This document shows, piece by piece, positions 55,462 to 64,000 of a DNA stretch of 64,000 bases. Positions within the stretch are counted from its first letter, which is position 1. Each line of letters starts with the position of its first letter. The stretch spans positions 1 to 64,000 of the forward strand of contig CAXHJY010001213.1 of NCBI GenBank assembly GCA_964016885.1, written 5' to 3'. Origin of the DNA: Eledone cirrhosa. Taxonomy: Eukaryota. The position numbers were made by a program, and so were the translations under genes. Below the pieces are notes generated by a model. The model saw only the letters and a program-made list of their open reading frames with translations, did not search any database and had not been told where the DNA came from.

Positions 55462-55497
<36 letters not shown>

Positions 55498-55845
55498 AGT
55501 TAATATAAATTAATATATGATAAACACATAAGTGTTTGTATTGCAAAAGACGAAGTTAGCTAGAATGAAATAAACTAATTAAAATAAATATAGTTTGTCC
55601 GTCTCGATATAAATCAATAAAAACAAGCTCATATTGGCAAAAGTCGTGATTCCTGGACAAATTTAAATTTCAAAATCCAAACCTGCTCCGTAGATGAATT
55701 TGAACTTCAAAACCTAAATATGTTTCGTAACGGTGGTATAAAAAGTGAAATATTCAAATCTTCTGTGCTTATCAACAGGAATCCAGAAAAATTAGTACAT
55801 TTCACCTCCAAAAATTTTGCAGGACTATATATATATATAAAACAA

Positions 55846-56487
55846 TCGCTAAAACAATCTCTATACCTCTCATTTATATTTATACTCGGATTCTTTTCCT
55901 GGAGTGCTTAAACTATCTGTGACTAATCCCGGTTTTTTTCATAAAAACTGTGATAATTATTGCTATTTTTGCTGAACTCCTTTTGTGGAGTTTTTTTCAG
56001 AATGTATTTGACTGCTATTTCTTGTAAATAAACATTCACTTACATCCAGACGTCACTAGCCCCGTTTTTTCCCCATGTGCTTTTTCATAACTACACATGA
56101 TGGCGAACTAGCCAGTTTTAGAATTCCCTTTTTCGGATTATAATACTGTGAGAGCCCTGGTTTTCTGTTGAGCTCTGCTGATGAATGAAATCCAATCGTG
56201 ACCATCTCCACTTTAAGACTATACAGAGCATTTGTTGTTATTCCAAATTGAAGGATAAGTGTTTTAAACTTTATTTTATCATGAGTTAAAGGTCTATTGA
56301 TTTTTCCCTGGATTGCACTAAATTCTGTGGATGAATTTGTATCCTGATTCTCTTTTGAGATGAGTTTGAATTATTTTTCCTAAATCTTACGTTAACTACT
56401 TTTCCCATCTTGACGTTATAGTCGCATATATGTTATAGAATGCTGTTAGCTTCTCGCTAAAACAATCTCTATACCTCTCATTTATAT
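55846..56487 (+). mobile_element. Diverged second family-F monomer (608-bp period, 34-bp terminal redundancy); HHR has an internal deletion
   Basis: TCGCTAAAACAATCTCTATACCTCTCATTTATAT at 55846 and 56454. Homologous to rc 54523-55180. GCTCTG-CTGATGA at 56172 and CAGAGC at 56224, with the GAAA/stem III 5' strand deleted. Confidence 0.75.
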
Positions 56488-56850
56488 ATATATATATATA
56501 TATATACATATGTATATGTACACACACACACGCACATACACACACACATATATATATATATTAAAACAAAACACATTTCCTCGAGATCTGCACACAATCT
56601 CTTCATCTTGAGTGTCAAAAAGATGGAAAGAGTTGACAAAGAACGCCACAACAGATGACACAGTGAACAAGCAATAAGGAAGCAATTTTCTTGAAAGCAA
56701 AACTGGACTATCATCAACAATGTTTGATCAAAGACGATAACGAAGTTAGATATATACACACAGCACGTACACATACACACACGAACACACAAACATAAAG
56801 ACACGCATACACACACAGATACACATACGCAAACAAATGTAGACACACAC

Positions 56851-56884
<34 letters not shown>

Positions 56885-56901
56885 ATATATATATACATAT
56901 T

Positions 56902-56964
<63 letters not shown>

Positions 56965-56998
56965 ATACATATATATACATATATATATACATATACAC

Positions 56999-57030
<32 letters not shown>

Positions 57031-57062
57031 GTATATATGTATATATATATATAAATATATAC

Positions 57063-57094
<32 letters not shown>

Positions 57095-57108
57095 ATATAT
57101 ACATATAC

Positions 57109-57159
<51 letters not shown>

Positions 57160-57841
57160 TATATATATATGCATATACACACAAACATATATATATATAT
57201 ATACACACACACATACATATACATATATATATATAAATAATGTGTGCGTGTATATATATATATATATGTGTATATATAAATATATCTGTATATATATATA
57301 CACAGTGATATATAGTCTCTGTTTTATTTTCAATTTTCCTCCTGAATAACTTTTACTATTCATATTGATATCTGTTCCTTGTTCAATATATGTAAATGAG
57401 ATATCTTTCGCAGATCAATCTCCCCCCCCCCCCCGCGTCTTGTTGGGACTAATACAATGAGATTCTAGGTCTACCAATCAGTCATTTCACCAAACCAATC
57501 ACTTGTAGCTGTTGTTATTGTTGTTATTGTCTTCGCCATTGTCGACTTTGTATTTGAAGTCATGGTTGTTGTTGATGGTGTTGTCGCTGTTGTTCTCGTT
57601 GTCGTCATCGTTGTTGTTGTTCTAACGGTATTTGTCATTTTTTAATTGTTATTGTGGTTGATTTTATAGTACTATTTCTAGTGGGAAAATATTCGTAACA
57701 GATAAAGGCGATAAGATCCAGATCTAGGAGCCGTACGTTCAATGGTTCTACTTTTGCTAATGAAGTTGCGATGGGTTCATGGCTAATATAAATTGTCAAA
57801 CTAAAAGCGATCTTCACCCCAACCTATCTCTCTCTCTCTCT

Positions 57842-57874
<33 letters not shown>

Positions 57875-57879
57875 ATAAT

Positions 57880-58065
57880 AATTGTTTCTACTTTAGGCAC
57901 AAGGCCAGCAATTACCCAGTGCATTACTGGTACTTTATTTTATCGACCCCGTAAGGATGAAAGGTAAAGTTAACCTCGACGGGATTTGAACTCAGAATGG
58001 CAAGGGCCGTAACTCTATGCGTCGAAGCATGGCGTCCGACCCTCTACTTATACTGCCAATCCACC
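57880..58065 (-). mobile_element. Meta-type SINE
   Basis: Head to tail motifs present. Confidence 0.85.
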
Positions 58066-58619
58066 ATATATATATATAATAATGATAATAACATTAATAA
58101 AGATGCTGATGTTACATAAATCGTTTATTCATTATAATTATTTGAACGGTTCTCCCATGCAATCAAGATGTAATTCATGCATTTGTTGCTGTTATGAGAA
58201 CGGTATCCTCAGATAAAATTCGATTTTGTGATATGGTGCCCGCAGGAAAAAAAACACGTTCTTTTGCTGGTATGTCCAGCAGACATATTAGTTCCTGAAA
58301 GGGTCTCCCAGCCGTCGTGTTTACATATATACTTCGGAACACACACACACACATATATATATATAGTAGAACACTGGGATGTTATATCCGTAGTAGTAGA
58401 GCACTCTCTCCATTGGACGAGTTCAGTAGAAAGTAGTTTCACAACAGTTAAACCATTTTCGAGACGCGCGTTTCACCTTGGTATGAATGTGGTCTGGTGT
58501 TACAATATTCTGTTTGGGGTGATATGAATTGAAGTGTAAGCTACAGTATATTAAATATGTATGTAATGAAATGTTGTGCGGATGGATATAAAAGTGTAAC
58601 GTGATTGGTGTAGTGTGAT

Positions 58620-58830
58620 GTCATGTAGTAGTAGTAATAGTAGTAGTTGTGGTGGTAGTGGTGGTAGTGGTGGTAATAGTGGTGGTGATAGTAGTAGTGA
58701 TAATAGTAGTGATAGTAGTGGTGATAGTAGTAGTGATAGTAGTAGTGATAGTAGTAGTGATAGTAGTGGTGATAGTAGTAGTGATAGTAGTAGTGATAGT
58801 AGTGGTGGTAGTGGTGGTAGTGGTGGTCGT
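58620..58830. repeat. (TAG/TGG/TGA)n trinucleotide microsatellite
   Basis: Direct inspection. Confidence 0.9.
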
Positions 58831-58916
58831 AGATGACTACACCAGTTCCGAACACAGAGGAACCAAACGCCCACAGTCATCGCCTCCGTGTCTCCCGCCC
58901 TCCCCATTTCCCACTG

Positions 58917-59092
58917 GGCGGTGGATTGGCAGTATCGGTAGAGGGTCGGACGCTATGCTTTGACGCATAGAGTTACGGCCCTTGCCATTCTGAGTTCAAA
59001 TCCCGTCGAGGTTAACTTTGCCTTTCATCCTTACGGGGTCGATAAAATAAAGTACCAGTAATGTACTGGTAATTTGCTGGCCTTGTGCCAAA
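58917..59092 (+). mobile_element. Meta-type SINE fused directly to the 5' end of the CRE copy
   Basis: Full head, B-box and core. The tail GGCCTTGTGCCAAAG runs into CRE RT sequence. Confidence 0.85.
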
Positions 59093-60635
59093 GGCCCCTC
59101 TCAACGTTTGGTATCTGGATGATGCTACGTTGGGCGGGCCCGTACGGACGGTCTGCAAAGACCTTCAATCGGTGATTCCTACCCTGGCGGGAATCGGCCT
59201 CCAGGTCAACTCGGCCAAGTCGGAGGTGGTGAACGTCAGCCTCGATGCTGTGAGCTTTGCAGCCTCCGTCTTGGACGTGCGGTCCATTCTCCGCCAGGTT
59301 CAGGTGACTCCCCAAAGAGGATGTCCTCATCCTCGGGTCACCGATCCATCCGCCGGCCATCCGCTCCACCATCAGGTCGAGGCTTCAACAACTCCAGACT
59401 CTCACGAGCCGACTGGGCTTGATTGACGGCCACCCAGCTCCCTTTCTGCTGAGGAACTGCTTCGCCATGCCGAAGCTCTTCTAAACACTCCGCAGCGCTC
59501 CATGCTACACCCAGACATCTCTCCTCGCTGACCTCGATACTTGTATCCGAACAGCAGCCGAGGGGATATGCAACGTCAAGTTTGACGACATAGGGTGGCA
59601 ACAGGCCACTTTACCGGTCAGGTATGGCGGCCTAGGCCTCCGGTCCCCGATCTCCTAGCTTTGCCGGCGTATCTTTCGTCGGTAACCTCGTGCCGCGTCC
59701 TCGTCAGCAGGGTTCTTCAAAACACAACAGAACCCTCTGTGTTCAGAGAACGTGAGGCCGCCTGTGAGACGTGGGACCGGTTGGAACTTAGCCCAGTAGA
59801 CGTCCCTTCTCCTTCTCCCCCTGTTGACGTCAAGTCCCCCCAACGCACTTGGGATGCCATCCAGAGCAGCCTGGCCTCAGACAGGCTCACGCGCCAGCTC
59901 GACCAGCACCGCCTTGCTTGTTTTCGTGCGGCCTCCAAACCCCACAGTGGTGCCTGGCTCCATGCTCTGCCCTCCTTCTCCACTGGCACGCAGCTAGACA
60001 ACCATAGCCTGCGAATCGGCATTTCCCTGAGGCTCGGCCTCCGGATCTGCCAGCCACACCAATGTCGCTGCGGTTCCACCGTGGACTCTTTCGGCCTCCA
60101 CCCGCTTTCCTGTCGCCACAGTGCCGGCCACATTCCACGCCATACTGCCCTCAACGAGGTCATTAAGCATGGCTTGGACGCTGCAGGCTTCCCTTCCCAG
60201 CTCGAGCCGGTGGGGCTGGATCGAGGGGACGGCAAAAGGCCAGATGGCATGACCATCTTCCCGTTCCGAGGTGGCAAACCCCTCGTCTGGGATGCCACTT
60301 GCACCGACACTTTCTGCAGCCGCAATCTGGTGCAGTCTGCGACTGACCCAGGTTCTGCTGCACGTCGGGCTGAGGGGGCCAAACTCCTCAAATACCGGTC
60401 GCCCGCCGACAGGTTTGCGGTCGTTCCCCTGGCAGTGGAAACTTCTGGTGTCCTCAGCCCCAGGGCTACCTCCTTACTCACTAACATAGGCGCGGAGCTG
60501 GCCAGCCGTAGGTGTGAGCCCCGCGAGTTGGAGTGGCTTTTCCAGCGCGTCTCCCTTGCCGTCCTCCGGGGAAACGCCTTCTCCATTCTGTCCGCCGGGG
60601 CTGTGGGTGGGCCCCATCGCGTACCATTACATTAG
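59093..60635 (+). pseudogene. CRE-clade non-LTR retrotransposon, 5'-truncated (RT C-half, zinc knuckle, RLE)
   Basis: NVWYLDDATL (RT), in-frame TAA near 59482 plus frameshifts, HSGAWLHALP, CRCGSTVDSFGLHPLSC, RHTALN, DGKRPDG..WDATC, PLAVETSG, LRGNA. Confidence 0.88.
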
Positions 60636-62219
60636 TTAAATACCATTCTTTCACACTGCTACTGTATGTAGTTATCGATGATGTTGATCTTTTTAACAAT
60701 TGGTTACGACAGGTAAAGTCGTTTATATTATTTAAGACGGTAGCGTGTGATTTGAGGGAGATCTAGATGCTATTTCTCGTAGAATCAACAACCATGTAGA
60801 AATCTTTTCGTTGGTTTGTCAGGTTTCTCAGAATGATTCTTAGCTCCAGGTGTTCAATCCCTATTAAGCCAACCCATACTCAAAGGTATTTCAGCCATGG
60901 TCATCCAGTATGGAGGACTATATTACCTAATGTTTTCTCCTTATTTAAGACGGTATCGTGTAATTTAAGTGAGATTTGACTGCTATCTCTAGCAAGTCAA
61001 GTGACCTCTTGTGCAGTGTTGCTGTAGTGTGGTAGTGGCATGTATTGTCGTCATAGTTTAGTTTGAGGTCAGATCATCCCATATTTTTGTAAGTTCAGGT
61101 CTTTTCTTTTTTGAAAAATCATAACAGCATTGATAGGCAAAATAGTTAGAACGTTGAACAAAATGCCCTGTGTTACTTGATCCATCTCTTTGCATTATAA
61201 GTTCTAGACCAGCCGAGGTCAACTTTACTTTCCCCACTTCCAGGGTTGATAAACTAAAGTTTGAGTCTAGGACGGGAGATTGGCAGAATCGTTAGAGTGT
61301 TGAGCAAAATGTCTTACAGTATTTGTTCCAGTTCTTTACGGTCTAAGTTTGCCCGTGTCAACATTGGTACCAAGCTTTATGAACACTTGCCCTTTTCTTG
61401 GATAACATCGGTGGCACCGAGAGGGAGAGTTGCTGCATGAGTAACTGCTTATTTTCAATAAGAAAAATCTCGTCCAGGCCTGCGCCCCGGAAAGGAGCTT
61501 TCCAGGTGCAGATCCATAGTAACAGTGGAAATACGGATGCTTGAGGGTATAATTTGAAGGAATCTTGGCTGTTATTTTTACATAAGTTTCTACAAGTGCA
61601 GTTGTTGGTTTTGTTGTTTTAATTTCAGGTTAACCCTGTTGGAGTAGCCTTATGATCAAAATTATTTCAGCTTTGACCATCCCATCTTTTCCTTAGCCCC
61701 ACTGTTTCTAAGATCAAATTATGAAATCCCTTCTCTTTTATAACACTAAGTGGTGATTTGAGCGAGATTTGACTGCCGTTTCTAGCAAGCTAAAATGACT
61801 GTGCAGAGGCTCCCCTTTGACTAACGTCATGTGCAGTTATGAGGTGTGGTGTGATGGATGCCGTGTGGTGTTGTGTGGCGTGGTATAAATTACACTGTCA
61901 TGTCATCTAGTGGAAAAATGGTGGTATGTGTTGCGGTGTGGTTGTGTAATGTTGTGTGGTGTAGAGTGTAGTGGTGTGGTGGAGGAGTGGGACAGAATGG
62001 GGCGGTGTCGTCGGTGTGTCATCATGTGATGTCGTGTGTGGTGCGGTGGAGAATGATGCTGTGTGGTATCATGTGATGTGATTTGATGTGGTGTGGTGGC
62101 CTAAGCAAAGGTGATGGCGACGACGAAGGCGACATCCACGAAAGCAAGCACAAATATTGGAAGATCCACAAAGTCGATGGTGGTGTAGGGGGTGAGGTTG
62201 GGAATATTGGAGACGACAA

Positions 62220-62760
62220 TTACATCATCATCATCAGCAGCAGCAACAACAGCATCAATAACAACAACAGCAACAACATTGACGACGAAGACAATAACAA
62301 CAACAACAACAACAATAATAATAATAATAATGATAAGAAAAAGAAAAAGAAAAAGAAAAAGAAAAAGAAAAAGAAAAAGAAAAAGAAAAAGAAAAAGAAA
62401 AAGAAAAAGAAAAAGAAAAAGAAAAAGAAAAAGAAAAAGAAAAAGAAAAAGAAAAAGAAAAATAGAAGAAGAAGAAGAAGAAGAAGAAGAAGAAGAAGAA
62501 GAAGAAGAAGAAGAAGAAGAACTACAATAACAACAACTCTAGCAAGAGCTGCAACAACAACAACAACAACAACAAACAACAGCGGCTGCAACAATAACAA
62601 CAACAACAGGCGCATCAATAAAAGAACAAGAACAACTTGTAATACTGGTACTACAAGAACATTTAAAACAAAGACATGTACAACAACAACAACAACAGCA
62701 ACAACAACAACGTTAACTAGAAACAATATAAACTGCAACAACAACAACAATTACAGTTAA
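62220..62760. repeat. Compound (AAC)n/(AAT)n/(AAAAAG)n/(AAG)n simple repeats
   Basis: Direct inspection. Confidence 0.95.
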
Positions 62761-63399
62761 TAGTTGTTTAGTTTGTTTACTTGTTTGACAGTTTTATAGA
62801 AAAAAAAAGACATTTTGTTTGTTTATTTTCTGTTTTTAGTATCATTCGTTCATTCGATAATTCGGCCATTCTTTCATTCAGTTATTCCTTGGCTTTCCTT
62901 GTTCCTTTGCTTTGGTCGGCCGGCTTGTCATACGACGAAAAATCGTTGCCCTACTCCCCTGCTCCCCTCCTACCTTCCTACCTTCCTTCTTTTCTTATTT
63001 TTTCATTCCTTCTCTTCCCTTCCCCTCACCTTCTATCACTTCTTACACCCCCTCCCTACTTACTCTTCAAACAGATATCCTCATGCGAGGACTTCTCTAT
63101 ACTCCCTTCCTTGCTATTTCCAAACTTCATACTTCATGCATGCTTAACGTCACCGTCTTCTTCTTCTTCTTCTTCTTCTTCTTCTTCTTCTTCTTCTTCT
63201 TCTTCTTCTTCTTCTTCTTCTCTAATTAGCCATTTAATATGTATAGGAATAAGATGGAATCGTCAGATAAGAACGTGCTCTACTATAGCTGTTGACAAAT
63301 TGTATGAAAAGACCGAGATTAGGCATTTCGGACGATGGCATTTCGGGTGACATAATGATACATTTCGACCTTCCAATATTATCCTCTCATCTAAAACAA

Positions 63400-64000
63400 C
63401 AGCCAGCCAACACAACAGCCTTCCAGCCAGCCAAGCAGCCAACTAACCAACCAGCCAGCCAAGCAGCCAGCTAATCAACCAGCCAGTAAACAGCCAGCCA
63501 ACTAACCAGCTAACCAGCTGGCAACCCAGCCAACTAACCAACTAACCAGCCAGCCAGCCAGCCAGCCAGCTAACCAGCTAACCAGCTGGCAACCCAGCCA
63601 ACTAACCAACTAACCAACCAACCAGCCAGCCAGCCAGTCAGCCAGCTAACCAACCAACCAACCAGCCAGCAATTCAGCCATCAAGCCAGCCAACCAACCA
63701 GTCCGCCAGACAACCAGTCTGCCAGCCAACCAGCCAACCAGCCAACCAGCCAACAAGCCAGCCAGCCAGCCAATCAACCAGTCTTCCAGTCAACCAGCTA
63801 ACCAGCCAGCCAGCCAGCCAACCAGCCAACCAGCCAACCAGCCAACCTCCTGCCAGCCAACCAGTCTGCCAGCCAACCATCCAACCATCCAACCAGCCAA
63901 CCAACCAGCCAACCAGCCAACCAGTCAATCAGTCTGCCAGCCAACCAACCAGCCAGCCAACCAGCCAACCAGTCTGCCGGCCAACCATCCAGCCAGCCAA
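63400..64000. repeat. (CCAG/CCAA)n tetranucleotide satellite
   Basis: Direct inspection. Confidence 0.95.

Overview
Animal genomic DNA, very AT-rich and dense in (TA)n/(CA)n microsatellites. The SINE types suggest a mollusc, probably an octopus-like cephalopod (inference). No host gene exon is recognisable and almost all short ORFs in the track are microsatellite artefacts. The window is a nest of retroelements. It holds an intact Penelope-like element (Naiad-type RT + C-terminal GIY-YIG, 5475-7937) inside a ~13 kb inverted duplication, two further PLE fragments, an intact RTE LINE with three C2H2 fingers (13794-17339, -), and fragments of R4/Dong, CRE, Tx1/L1, Rex3-like RTE, Merlin and Tc1/mariner elements, plus many tRNA-derived SINEs. 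The main signal is a set of at least six unrelated type I hammerhead ribozyme (HHR) families, plus four degenerate or partial ones, folded by hand from the sequence. They include a 310-bp tandem array with 15 HHR copies whose orientation flips in the middle, and a 608-640 bp unit with terminal redundancy; both look like cDNA copies of circular retrozyme RNAs. Nearly all sit in (TA)n tracts, and several form divergent fold-back pairs with the same geometry as the autonomous Penelope-like element. This suggests a PLE-driven, (TA)n-targeted ribozyme/retrozyme system. All folds and family assignments were made by eye and need computational confirmation.
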